Below, piece after piece: positions 54,866 to 63,424 of a stretch of DNA of 64,000 nucleotides. The translations under genes were made by a program, and so were the position numbers. Under the pieces are notes generated by a model, which saw nothing but the letters and a program-made list of their open reading frames with translations, ran no database searches and was not told the origin of the DNA. Position 1 is the first letter of the stretch. Every line of letters begins with the position of its first letter. Source of the stretch: Clostridia bacterium (GTDB lineage Bacteria > Bacillota > Clostridia > Christensenellales > CAG-138); NCBI GenBank assembly GCA_017435905.1, contig JAFSEB010000075.1, positions 4,452 through 68,451 on the forward strand, given 5' to 3'.

Positions 54866-55621
54866 ATGCGTTTTATTCGTGCACAGTACAGGAACGAAAC
54901 ATTTTATGCCATCCTTGACGGTGAAAAAGTCATTCGTCTGCAGCATGCGCCTTATGATGCCGTTGCGCCTGAAGGAAGCGAATACGCCCTGACGGATATT
55001 CGCCTTCTTGCGCCGGTCGAACCGTCAAAAATCGTTTGTGTCGGCAAGAACTATAAAGCGCATGCGGATGAACTGAAAGAAGATCATCCCGAAGAGCCCC
55101 TGCTGTTCCTGAAGCCCAATACCTGCGTGATCGGTCCGGAAGATGAGATTATCTATCCGCCCCAAAGCAAGCGTGTTGATTATGAAGCAGAGCTTGCTGT
55201 TGTGATCGGAAAGAAAGCGCATCATGTCGCTGCAGGTCATGGGAAAGAGTATATCCTTGGTTATACGTGCCTCAATGATGTGACTGCTCGCGATCTTCAA
55301 AGAGCCGACGGGCAGTGGACACGCAGCAAGAGTTTCGATACGTTTTGCCCTATCGGTCCCTGGATCGAAACGGAACTTGAAGAAGGCAATGCGGGTATCC
55401 GTTCTATCCTGAACGGCGAAGTAAAGCAGGATTCCAATACCTGCATGATGACGCATAACATCGACAAGCTCATCTGCTATATTTCCGCCTGTATGACGCT
55501 CCTGCCCGGCGATGTGATCGCCACCGGCACGCCCGAAGGTATCGCCCCCATGAATGTTGGCGATGTGATCGAGATAGAAGTGGACGGCATCGGAAAACTG
55601 CGGAACAGGATCACAAAATAA
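54866..55621 (+). CDS. Fumarylacetoacetate hydrolase (FAH) family protein
   Basis: KIVCVGKNYKAHADE...DYEAELAVVIGK...GYTCLNDVTARDLQ...PGDVIATGTPEG. Confidence 0.85.
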   Translation: MRFIRAQYRNETFYAILDGEKVIRLQHAPYDAVAPEGSEYALTDIRLLAPVEPSKIVCVGKNYKAHADELKEDHPEEPLLFLKPNTCVIGPEDEIIYPPQSKRVDYEAELAVVIGKKAHHVAAGHGKEYILGYTCLNDVTARDLQRADGQWTRSKSFDTFCPIGPWIETELEEGNAGIRSILNGEVKQDSNTCMMTHNIDKLICYISACMTLLPGDVIATGTPEGIAPMNVGDVIEIEVDGIGKLRNRITK

Positions 55622-55645
55622 TTAGACACAAAGGAAGAACGCCAT

Positions 55646-57400
55646 ATGGCAATGGATGGATTGAACCTGCGTGCTTCGCTGATCGAAATGCAGCGAAGTA
55701 TCGTAGGCGGAAAAATCGATAAAGTGCAGCAGCCCGAACGGGATGAACTTGTTCTTGGTGTGCATACACAGACAGGCAATTATAAATTGCTGCTGTCTGC
55801 GTCTGCAGCCAACACAAGGGCACACCTGACGGATGTGAAACGCACAAATCCTGCGGATGCTCCCATGTTCTGCATGCTGCTAAGAAAGCGAATCCAGGGC
55901 GGAAAGATCGTTTCGGTCGATCAGCCGAATTTTGACAGAGTGCTGGTTTTGACCGTTGAAGCACAAAATGAGCTTGGTGACCTTGTACCGTACCGCTTGA
56001 TCGCAGAGATCATGGGCAAGCATTCCAATGTGGTGCTTGTCAATGAAAAAAATATCATCGTGGATGCCATCCGCCATGTCGGGGTCGGCATGTCCAACGT
56101 GCGTCTGATTCTTCCGGGACTTCCGTATGAACTTCCGCCAAGGCAGGACAAGACCGATCCTGTTTTAGCCGAAAAGGCTGATTTCCTTGCGGCACTTTCC
56201 ACTACCGGTAGGATCGACAAACGGCTTTCCGGCACTTTTTTCGGTCTTGCACCATCGATGGCAGCAGCTCTTATCGCCCGTGTTACGGATGAAACCGCAT
56301 GTGAAATGCTTTCCGATGCAGAGCGGGAGGCGCTTGCAGATAGCCTTGTTTCATTCTATTTCGCACTGTCAAAGGGTGAGTTTACCGCAGCGGTCGCCGA
56401 AAATGAATATGGCGAACCCATTGGCGTGTATCCCTTTATACCGAACCTTCCGCATGTTTCAAAGTCGGAAACCATCGGCAATGCGTATGATGCCTACTGT
56501 GCGCAGCATGACATTTTTGAACGGATGCAGCGCCACGGATCCTCTGTGCGCAAAGTCCTTCAAAACAACATTGATCGCTGCGAAAAGAAGCTTGCACTTT
56601 ATGCGGATGCGCTGAACTCCTCCGAGTCGATGGAGAAAAACAGGCTGTATGGGGAATTGCTTACCGCAAATCTCCATGCACTCAGGCAAAACGGCGTCTC
56701 TGCGGCTGTATACGATTACTACAGGGATCCGCCCGAAATGATAGAGATCCCTCTCGATCCCCGGTTTACGCCCCTTGAAAATGCGCAGCGCTATTATAAA
56801 AAATACCAAAAACAGAAGGCAGCCCGGGATATGGCAGGTGCCCAGCAGGAACAGACGCTGCAGGAGCTTGCATATCTTGAGGGGCAGCTTGATAACCTTG
56901 GCAAATGCAGCGGAGATGCGGAACTGTCCGAACTTGTGGAAGAACTGCGTGATCAGGGATATCTGAAACGGGACAAGAATGCAAAGAAGCAGCAAAAGCA
57001 GAAAAAAGCGCTTTCAAAGCCCATGTGTTTCCTGTCCGGCGATGGAAAAGCACGGATCTATGTGGGAAAAAATAACCGGCAGAACGATGAACTGACTCTT
57101 CGTTTTGCATCGGGCAATGATTACTGGATGCATACAAAGGATATCCCCGGTTCACACGTCATCATCAAGTGTGAAGAGGGGGAACCCTCGGAACAAACGC
57201 TGCTTGATGCTGCAAAGCTTGCAGCGTACTATAGCCGTGCACGGGGCAGCGCCAATATACCGGTGGATTATACGCCGAGAAAGTTTGTCAAAAAACCTTC
57301 CGGTGCAAAACCGGGCATGGTCATTTACGCCACAAACCGCACGGCATATGTGACGCCTGAAGAAAACGACATCAAATCACTTCGGCAGCTCAATGTCTGA
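55646..57400 (+). CDS. rqcH: Ribosome quality-control factor RqcH (NFACT / FbpA family)
   Basis: MAMDGLNLRASLIEMQRSIVGGKIDKVQQPERDELVL, a coiled-coil middle region and a C-terminal NFACT-R region (DYWMHTKDIPGSHVIIK). Confidence 0.85.
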   Translation: MAMDGLNLRASLIEMQRSIVGGKIDKVQQPERDELVLGVHTQTGNYKLLLSASAANTRAHLTDVKRTNPADAPMFCMLLRKRIQGGKIVSVDQPNFDRVLVLTVEAQNELGDLVPYRLIAEIMGKHSNVVLVNEKNIIVDAIRHVGVGMSNVRLILPGLPYELPPRQDKTDPVLAEKADFLAALSTTGRIDKRLSGTFFGLAPSMAAALIARVTDETACEMLSDAEREALADSLVSFYFALSKGEFTAAVAENEYGEPIGVYPFIPNLPHVSKSETIGNAYDAYCAQHDIFERMQRHGSSVRKVLQNNIDRCEKKLALYADALNSSESMEKNRLYGELLTANLHALRQNGVSAAVYDYYRDPPEMIEIPLDPRFTPLENAQRYYKKYQKQKAARDMAGAQQEQTLQELAYLEGQLDNLGKCSGDAELSELVEELRDQGYLKRDKNAKKQQKQKKALSKPMCFLSGDGKARIYVGKNNRQNDELTLRFASGNDYWMHTKDIPGSHVIIKCEEGEPSEQTLLDAAKLAAYYSRARGSANIPVDYTPRKFVKKPSGAKPGMVIYATNRTAYVTPEENDIKSLRQLNV

Positions 57401-57473
57401 AACGCCATCAAAACCGCATTTTCCCTCCGTTCATCGAATACATTTAGATAAAACGATGAATGGAGGGCTTTTT

Positions 57474-58436
57474 ATGTGGAAAAGGCTTTTATGCGGTTGT
57501 GTCGCTGTCATATGTGTTGCTTCCTTTACCGCTTGCGGAAAGGATACAATGCAGCAGATATCCGATGAATCGGAATCGATCGAACAGACATCGGCATCCG
57601 CAAGCCTCGGCTACCGTGAAACGGTTTTGTATTATGCGACAGATGATGGCTTTATGGTGCCTGTTATGAAGATGATCCCATGGGAAGAGGGGATCGGAAA
57701 AGCGGCACTCCGCTGCCTTGTTAATACCCCGGAAAACAGGTTGGCAGCGGCAAAAATGGGCCTCGCAGCAACGATACCGGAAGGGCTGGAGTTTTCTCTT
57801 AGGATCGGGGACAATGCCGAAGCTGCGGTGGATCTATCTGAAATGCCGGATCTTGGGTCTATGGAAAAAGAAGCGGCAATGATCACATCTATCGTCAATA
57901 CGCTGACGGAATTTCCTACGATCGATACTGTGAGCTTTACCGTAAACGGAAAGAAAACGGATTCTCTTCCTTGCGGCACAGGAATCAGAGGGGCGTTTTC
58001 AAACATTTCGCTCAATGCGGAAGGTGCTGTCGAAACATCTGCAGGCGGTGAAGCTGTTTCTATGACGTTATTCTTCCCGAATCAGGGAGCAACGCTGAAT
58101 GTGCCTGTGACACGCTACGGGGCAGGAGAGGCCAATATTGAATCTGCGATCACGGCGTTGATCGAAGGCCCCGGAAACAGCGGATTGCGTAACTGTTTTC
58201 CGGAAGGCACCTCTCTGCTTTATGCAGACTTGTTTGATGGAAGCGCAACGGTCAACCTCAGCGCAGAATTCCTTTCGGCCCGTTATACGGAAGGGCTTGC
58301 GGAAGCCGCATACCGAACGATGTTCCTGACGGCAAATGCCATTGAACCGATTTATGAGCTGAATATTCTTGTGGAAGGGAAGCCTTTTGAATTTGATGAA
58401 CAGCTGCATGCACCTGTCTGGGCGAATGAGTTTTAA
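57474..58436 (+). CDS. gerM: GerM-domain lipoprotein (sporulation/germination)
   Basis: Lipobox SFTACG and two GerM-like repeats (...LYYATDDGFMVPV... / ...LFFPNQGATLNVPVTR...). The gerM-(rph)-rdgB-ysnB synteny matches B. subtilis. Confidence 0.65.
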   Translation: MWKRLLCGCVAVICVASFTACGKDTMQQISDESESIEQTSASASLGYRETVLYYATDDGFMVPVMKMIPWEEGIGKAALRCLVNTPENRLAAAKMGLAATIPEGLEFSLRIGDNAEAAVDLSEMPDLGSMEKEAAMITSIVNTLTEFPTIDTVSFTVNGKKTDSLPCGTGIRGAFSNISLNAEGAVETSAGGEAVSMTLFFPNQGATLNVPVTRYGAGEANIESAITALIEGPGNSGLRNCFPEGTSLLYADLFDGSATVNLSAEFLSARYTEGLAEAAYRTMFLTANAIEPIYELNILVEGKPFEFDEQLHAPVWANEF

Positions 58437-58538
58437 TCCCTGAAAAAACGAAGGGTTGTAGAAGAATGCGGAAAAATATGCTACAATGCAAGGGATGTGC
58501 AAGTGCGCATCCCTAAATATTTATTTTGGAGAGTAAAC

Positions 58539-59135
58539 ATGAAACTTGTCATTGCATCCAACAATAAGCATAAAGTGACTGAGATCAAAGCCATTCTTGG
58601 GCCGTATTTCGACGAGATCCTGTCCCTGCGTGATGCAGGTATCAGCATTGATGTGGAAGAAGACGGCGATACCTTTGCTGCAAATGCAAAGAAAAAGGCC
58701 GAAGAGGTGCTTGCTGTTGCGTCCGAAGCGGATGCGGTTCTTTCTGACGATTCCGGTCTTGCCGTGGATGCTCTTAACGGTGCTCCAGGCGTGTACAGTG
58801 CCCGCTATGCGGGAGACGGTCACGACGACGAGGCTAACAATAAAAAGCTGCTCGAGGATATGGAAAGCGTTCCTGACGGCGAACGCACCTGCCGATTTGT
58901 GAGTGCCATTGCCCTTGCAAGAAAGGGGCAGGAAACGCTGATCACGCTCGGTGCGGTGGAAGGTCAGCTGCTGCGTGCGCCGCGCGGAGAGTCCGGCTTT
59001 GGTTATGATCCGCTCTTTTTCTATGAGCCTGCAGGAAAAAGCTTTGCAGAGCTTACGGCGGAAGAAAAAAACCTTGTCAGCCACAGAAAGCGCGGTCTTG
59101 AGGCGATGCGAGAGCTTCTTGAACAGGAGAAGTGA
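58539..59135 (+). CDS. rdgB: Non-canonical purine NTP pyrophosphatase (RdgB/HAM1)
   Basis: MKLVIASNNKHKVTEIKAIL...EEDGDTFAANA...DDSGLAVDALNGAPGVYSARYAG...GFGYDPLF...SHR. Confidence 0.9.
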   Translation: MKLVIASNNKHKVTEIKAILGPYFDEILSLRDAGISIDVEEDGDTFAANAKKKAEEVLAVASEADAVLSDDSGLAVDALNGAPGVYSARYAGDGHDDEANNKKLLEDMESVPDGERTCRFVSAIALARKGQETLITLGAVEGQLLRAPRGESGFGYDPLFFYEPAGKSFAELTAEEKNLVSHRKRGLEAMRELLEQEK

Positions 59136-59611
59136 GCATGCGGATCGGAGTGATCAGCGATACGCACGGTGACCGTTTTGCGATCACCCGTGCGCTCTCA
59201 GCATTGCCCGATGTAGATGCATGGATCCATCTTGGTGATGTTGTGGGTGATGCAAAAGCCATTGCTGCCAAATGTGCAGTTCCCGTTCACTGCATTCGCG
59301 GCAACTGCGATTTTGACTTCAGCATTCCACAAGAAGAAATCCTTGAATTCGGCGGCGTCAAAATGCTCATCTGTCACGGGCACCAATATGGTGTGCGCTA
59401 TGACAGAACACGTCTGTTCTATCGGGCAGAAGAATGCGGATGTGCGCTGGCTTTGTACGGGCATACCCATATTTCCATGCTGGAGGCGAGCGGTGCGATC
59501 CTTGCCTTGAATCCCGGCAGCCCATCCTTACCGAGAGAAGGACGTGCGCCGTCTGTGGCGCTGATCCGGATCGAAAACGGAGAAGCGTATCCGGAGATCA
59601 AATTACTGTAA
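59132..59611 (+). CDS. ysnB: YfcE/YsnB-family metallophosphoesterase
   Basis: IGVISDTHGD...HLGD...GNCD...HGH...GHTH calcineurin-like motifs in a 159-aa product. Confidence 0.85.
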   Translation: MSMRIGVISDTHGDRFAITRALSALPDVDAWIHLGDVVGDAKAIAAKCAVPVHCIRGNCDFDFSIPQEEILEFGGVKMLICHGHQYGVRYDRTRLFYRAEECGCALALYGHTHISMLEASGAILALNPGSPSLPREGRAPSVALIRIENGEAYPEIKLL

Positions 59612-59617
59612 CGGCTT

Positions 59618-59657
59618 GACCCTCAGGCGTGTGAACGCCGGAGGGTCAGTTTTTTTT
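59618..59657 (+). terminator. Rho-independent terminator of the rdgB-ysnB operon, embedded in the 3' coding end of the convergent ABC permease gene
   Basis: GACCCTC-A-GGCG-TGTGAA-CGCC-G-GAGGGTC followed by AG and T8. Confidence 0.8.
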
Positions 59658-60453
59658 CAAGAAATGCGACCGCATAGTACATCAGCGCCGCAAGAACGCA
59701 CAACACCACAATGCTTGTCATCACAAGGTCAAGCTTAAATACCTGCCCTCCGTAAACGATCAGATATCCGAGCCCTGCTTCCGAAACGAGATATTCGCCG
59801 ACGATGACACCCACCCAACTCATGCCTACGCTGATCTTCAATGCGCTCATGATCGTAGGAAGTGAGGCGGGAAAGACGACCATGGAAAAGATCTGCAGCT
59901 TGCTTGCACCAAGGGTGCGCATCAAAAGCTGCTTTTCGCCTGTGATCTCCTGAAATCCTGCCAGTACGCTCATGACCGTCACAACAAGGGATATAAGCAG
60001 TGCCATCACAATGATGCTTTCAACACCTGCTCCGAACCATACGATCAGAATAGGGCCGAGGGCGATCTTGGGAAGCGCATTGAGCACAACAAGGTAGGGA
60101 TCAAATATCCTGCATAGTGTTTTGCTCCACCAAAGAATGATGGCGACCAGTGTTCCAAGGGTCGTACCGAGCAAGAAACCGACTACGGTCTCAAACAGCG
60201 TGATGCCGATATGCCCAAAGAGTTCTCCGTTAGAATAAAGGCGGACAAGGGTTGAAACGATACGGGAAGGGGAACTGAAGATAAATGGGTCAAGGATCCC
60301 GGTCGCAGCAAAAACCTCCCAAAGCCCGATCAATGCGAGCAATATCAAATACCGCATTGCGGAAATAAACACTTCTCTTTTTCGGATGGACTTTAAATAT
60401 GCCGCATGCTCTTTTGAAATATCATGATTCGGTTTATGTTTCATAGCTGTCAA
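59623..60453 (-). CDS. ABC importer permease (NitT/TauT: nitrate/sulfonate/bicarbonate family)
   Basis: The 276-aa product has 6 TM segments and a BPD-transporter EAA-like region (ALKISVGMSWVGVIVGEY). Confidence 0.8.
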   Translation of the reverse strand: MTAMKHKPNHDISKEHAAYLKSIRKREVFISAMRYLILLALIGLWEVFAATGILDPFIFSSPSRIVSTLVRLYSNGELFGHIGITLFETVVGFLLGTTLGTLVAIILWWSKTLCRIFDPYLVVLNALPKIALGPILIVWFGAGVESIIVMALLISLVVTVMSVLAGFQEITGEKQLLMRTLGASKLQIFSMVVFPASLPTIMSALKISVGMSWVGVIVGEYLVSEAGLGYLIVYGGQVFKLDLVMTSIVVLCVLAALMYYAVAFLEKKLTLRRSHA

Positions 60454-61192
60454 GCTCCTTCCAGATCATATCAAAATAATCCTTGAATTCCGGAGAATTT
60501 CTGCGTTCAAGCGGCGTTGCATCATTGCAGGAAAGCAGAATACGGTGCTCGGTTTTGAGCGTTGCGGGCCGGTTTGAAAAAACGAGGACCCTGTCACTCA
60601 TAGAGATCGCTTCCGCAATATCATGGGTGACAAGAACGGCGGTTTTTCCCTCTGCGCGCAGAATGGTATGGATCTCATCTGCAATCCGCAGCCGTGTTTG
60701 GTAATCAAGCGCCGAAAACGGTTCATCAAGGAGCAATAACTCAGGGGATGCTGCAAGCGTGCGGATCAATGCAACTTTCTGACGCATTCCGCCCGAAAGC
60801 TGCCGCGGGTAATGATACCGGAATTCGGAAAGGCCGTATGTATCAAGAAGCCTGAGTGCATAGGCACAGTTCTCTTCGGTGGCGATATGCTTGACCTCCA
60901 GCGCCAGCATGATGTTTCCCTCAATGGTGCGCCAATCCAAAAGATGGTCGTGCTGCAGCATGTAACCGGGGCGCTTGGTGCTGCGTATTCTGATGCTGCC
61001 TTCCGAGGGCGCCATGAGCCCTGCCAGCATGGACAATATGCTTGTTTTGCCGCACCCGGAGGGGCCCACGATGGAAACAAACTCGCCCCGGCCGATATGA
61101 AAACTCAAATGATCGATCGCTTTCGTCTCAGCGGTCGGTTCGTGATATGTCAGGCAAACACCTTCTACCGTAACAAGAGGTATTTTTTCCAT
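60434..61192 (-). CDS. ABC importer ATP-binding protein (NitT/TauT family)
   Basis: Walker A GPSGCGKTS, signature LSGGMRQKVALIRTL and Walker B LLLLDEPFSALD. The start at 61192 (MEKIPLV...) follows GGAGGA; the ORF track's N-terminal extension lacks support. Confidence 0.85.
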   Translation of the reverse strand: MEKIPLVTVEGVCLTYHEPTAETKAIDHLSFHIGRGEFVSIVGPSGCGKTSILSMLAGLMAPSEGSIRIRSTKRPGYMLQHDHLLDWRTIEGNIMLALEVKHIATEENCAYALRLLDTYGLSEFRYHYPRQLSGGMRQKVALIRTLAASPELLLLDEPFSALDYQTRLRIADEIHTILRAEGKTAVLVTHDIAEAISMSDRVLVFSNRPATLKTEHRILLSCNDATPLERRNSPEFKDYFDMIWKELDSYET

Positions 61193-61324
61193 ATATTTCC
61201 TCCATGCATATAAACTTGGTATATATGACAGAGTATTCGATTGGAATAAAGGGCGTGAACGTGGGACGGGCTTTTTTGCGTATATTGAAGCAAGTGAATG
61301 AGGTGGGGCAGGAGGTGGGAAATT

Positions 61325-61510
61325 GTGCAGAAAAGACCCGCAATGGTATATTTCAGAAAAAAGTGTATCCGCCGCAGGGCGCTCCGCAGCTGGCTTTTGT
61401 TTTTGTCGATCGTCATTTTGCTTTGCTGCTGTCATGTGAAGCTGCTTGCCGCATTGGTTCTTTCGGGTGCGGTGCTGATCGTGATCCGCTGCCTTCTTCG
61501 GTATGAGTAA
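61325..61510 (+). CDS. Small (61 aa) basic two-TM membrane protein with a CCC motif
   Basis: GTG at 61325 lies 7 nt after AGGAGGTG. The product is VQKRPAMVYFRKKCIRRRALRSWLLFLSIVILLCCCHVKLLAALVLSGAVLIVIRCLLRYE. I recognise no family. Confidence 0.4.
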   Translation: MQKRPAMVYFRKKCIRRRALRSWLLFLSIVILLCCCHVKLLAALVLSGAVLIVIRCLLRYE

Positions 61511-61514
61511 GAGA

Positions 61515-61552
61515 ACAAAGAAAAAGGCGATGCCGAATTGGCATCGCCCATA
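61515..61552 (-). terminator. Rho-independent terminator of rpmB
   Basis: The minus-strand RNA reads GGGCGAUGCC-AAUUC-GGCAUCGCC-UUUUUUCUUU. Confidence 0.85.
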
Positions 61553-61567
61553 AAAAGCCAGGTTACA

Positions 61568-61759
61568 TTAGAAGCTGCGTTCAACCTTGCCGGAACGAAG
61601 GCAGCGAGTGCAAACGCTCATCTTACGCGGAGCACCGTTAACAACAACACGAACGGTCTGAACGTTGGGAGCCCAAGCGCGCCTGGTCTTCCTGTTGGAG
61701 TGGCTGACCAGATTACCGGACATCATGCCCTTCTTGCATACTTCGCAAAACTTACCCAT
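61568..61759 (-). CDS. rpmB: 50S ribosomal protein L28
   Basis: MGKFCEVCKKGMMSGNLVSHSNRKTRRAWAPNVQTVRV... The start at 61759 follows AAGGAGGTG. Confidence 0.95.
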   Translation of the reverse strand: MGKFCEVCKKGMMSGNLVSHSNRKTRRAWAPNVQTVRVVVNGAPRKMSVCTRCLRSGKVERSF

Positions 61760-61812
61760 GCTTTTACACCTCCTTACCGACTGTAAGCGTAACGTCGAAA
61801 TCAAACATTGCT

Positions 61813-61841
61813 ATTCTATCATGCGCAAACGGTTTTTGCAA
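61813..61841 (-). promoter_or_regulatory. Sigma-A promoter for rpmB
   Basis: On the minus strand: TTGCAA (61841-61836), a 17-nt spacer, then TAGAAT (61818-61813). Confidence 0.6.
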
Positions 61842-61944
61842 GCATTTCATGCAAGTTTTTCGCTATGGATAACAGTTTTTTTATTATAACGGAGAACAGA
61901 CGGAAAAGGCTCCGTTTTGTGGTTGGAGCGGAAACCTTCGCCAA

Positions 61945-61973
61945 GCATAACGTGCGTTTGCGGGCAGATACTA
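61945..61973 (+). promoter_or_regulatory. Forespore-type (sigma-G/sigma-F-like) promoter candidate
   Basis: GCATA (61945-61949), a 17-nt spacer, then GATACTA (61967-61973). The consensus is GCATA-N17/18-CATACTA. Confidence 0.45.
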
Positions 61974-62006
61974 ACACCACCAAGAAAGCAGAAAGGAGAA
62001 AACAAA

Positions 62007-62156
62007 ATGAGCTTTAACCGTGATGACGAATATCTTCCCATCAACCGGAAGCAGCGCAGCGAGAAATCCGAGAGCCAGCCCGGCAAGCAGCAGAACCGGA
62101 AAAACGATCCGCAGAACAAGCAGCGTCAGAATCAGCAGAGTGAGCGGGAATTCTAA
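62007..62156 (+). CDS. Small (49 aa) highly hydrophilic Q/K/R/N-rich protein, possibly a minor spore protein
   Basis: The ATG at 62007 follows GAAAGGAGAA. The product is MSFNRDDEYLPINRKQRSEKSESQPGKQQNRKNDPQNKQRQNQQSEREF. A palindromic hairpin follows. Confidence 0.45.
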   Translation: MSFNRDDEYLPINRKQRSEKSESQPGKQQNRKNDPQNKQRQNQQSEREF

Positions 62157-62175
62157 AAGGATCAGGATTTTCTTC

Positions 62176-62212
62176 TGCAAAGAAGCAGCGCATATGCGCT
62201 GCTTCTTTGTGA
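62176..62212. terminator. Palindromic hairpin between the convergent small ORF and kbl (probable bidirectional terminator)
   Basis: AGAAGCAGCGC-ATAT-GCGCTGCTTCT with short T/A runs on both sides. Confidence 0.6.
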
Positions 62213-62222
62213 TGAAAATGGA

Positions 62223-63404
62223 TCAGATCCCCATTTCTTTCTTCACTTCCGCAAAGCACTTCACGGCGAAATCGAGATCTTCTTTGGAATGACCGGCAGA
62301 GACCTGCGTGCGGATGCGTGCCTTGTTCATCGGAACAACGGGATAGGAGAAGCCAATGACATAAACGCCTTTTTCCAGCATCCTTGCGGCGAATTCCTGT
62401 GCGACCTTGGCATCGTAGAGCATAACGGGAACGATGGGGTGGGTGCTTTCGGGCACATCAAAGCCAAGCTTGCCAAGTTCCTGACGGAAATACGCCGTGT
62501 TCTCATGGACCTTGTCGCGAAGAGCGGTGGATTCGCTGAGCATTTCAAACACCTTCAAACTTGCGGCGCAGATAGCGGGAGCAAGGGTGTTGGAGAAAAG
62601 ATAGGGGCGGGAACGCTGGCGGAGAAGATCCACGATCTCCTGCCTTGCACAGGTATAGCCGCCGCTTGCGCCGCCAAGTGCCTTGCCGAGAGTGCCGGTG
62701 ATAATGTCCACACGGCCCATTACGCCGCAATGCTCGTGGGTACCACGGCCGTGTTCGCCCATGAAACCGACGGCATGACTGTCATCCACCATCACGAGTG
62801 CGCCGTATTCGTCTGCCAGATCGCAGATGGACTGAAGGTCTGCAATAAAGCCGTCCATAGAGAAGACGCCGTCAGTGGCGATCAGCTTGATGCGGCAATC
62901 CTTTGCAGCTTCAAGCTGGGTGCGCAGGTCTTCCATATTGTTGTTCTTATAGCGGAAACGCTTTGCTTTGGAAAGGCGCACGCCGTCAATGATGCTTGCA
63001 TGGTTCAGTTCATCGGAAATGATGGCATCTTCCGCACCGAGAAGGGTCTCAAAAAGACCGCCGTTTGCATCAAAGCAGGAAGAGTAGAGGATGGTGTCGT
63101 CCATCTGCAGGAAGTCTGCGATCTTGCGTTCAAGCTGCTTATGAATATCCTGCGTGCCGCAGATAAAACGTACGGAGGAAAGACCGAAGCCCCACTCATC
63201 ATAGCTTGCTTTGGCGGCAGCGATCAGGTCGGGGTTGTTGGAAAGACCAAGATAGTTATTGGCGCACATGTTGAGAACGCCATTCGTTTTGGTGGTATCG
63301 ATACGGGCTTTCTGCGGTGTGGTGATCACACGTTCTTCTTTATATGTGCCCGCCGCACGAATGGAATCAAGTTCGTTCTTGAAAATAGAAAGCGCTTCTT
63401 TCAT
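62223..63404 (-). CDS. kbl: Glycine C-acetyltransferase (2-amino-3-ketobutyrate CoA ligase)
   Basis: The fold-type-I PLP enzyme pattern is present: ...[12 protein letters not shown]..., [15 protein letters not shown], and [15 protein letters not shown] with the PLP lysine. It is paired with tdh. Confidence 0.9.
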   Translation of the reverse strand: MKEALSIFKNELDSIRAAGTYKEERVITTPQKARIDTTKTNGVLNMCANNYLGLSNNPDLIAAAKASYDEWGFGLSSVRFICGTQDIHKQLERKIADFLQMDDTILYSSCFDANGGLFETLLGAEDAIISDELNHASIIDGVRLSKAKRFRYKNNNMEDLRTQLEAAKDCRIKLIATDGVFSMDGFIADLQSICDLADEYGALVMVDDSHAVGFMGEHGRGTHEHCGVMGRVDIITGTLGKALGGASGGYTCARQEIVDLLRQRSRPYLFSNTLAPAICAASLKVFEMLSESTALRDKVHENTAYFRQELGKLGFDVPESTHPIVPVMLYDAKVAQEFAARMLEKGVYVIGFSYPVVPMNKARIRTQVSAGHSKEDLDFAVKCFAEVKKEMGI

Positions 63405-63424
63405 GATTGTGAACCTCCCGTATG

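Noticed and set aside
58470-58530. A TGcTACAAT extended -10 and an AGGGATG...CATCCCT hairpin lie upstream of rdgB.
   Set aside because: This is plausibly a promoter followed by a short 5'-UTR hairpin. However, there is no -35 match and no functional implication that I can support, so it is not reported as a feature.
61193-61300. A riboswitch (guanidine-I, TPP or similar) might lie upstream of the NitT/TauT ABC operon.
   Set aside because: Only about 100 nt are available on the minus strand, and there are no conserved riboswitch cores (no ykkC GGGA/ACACGG elements, no THI-box CUGAGA). The region is shared with the divergent small-ORF promoter.
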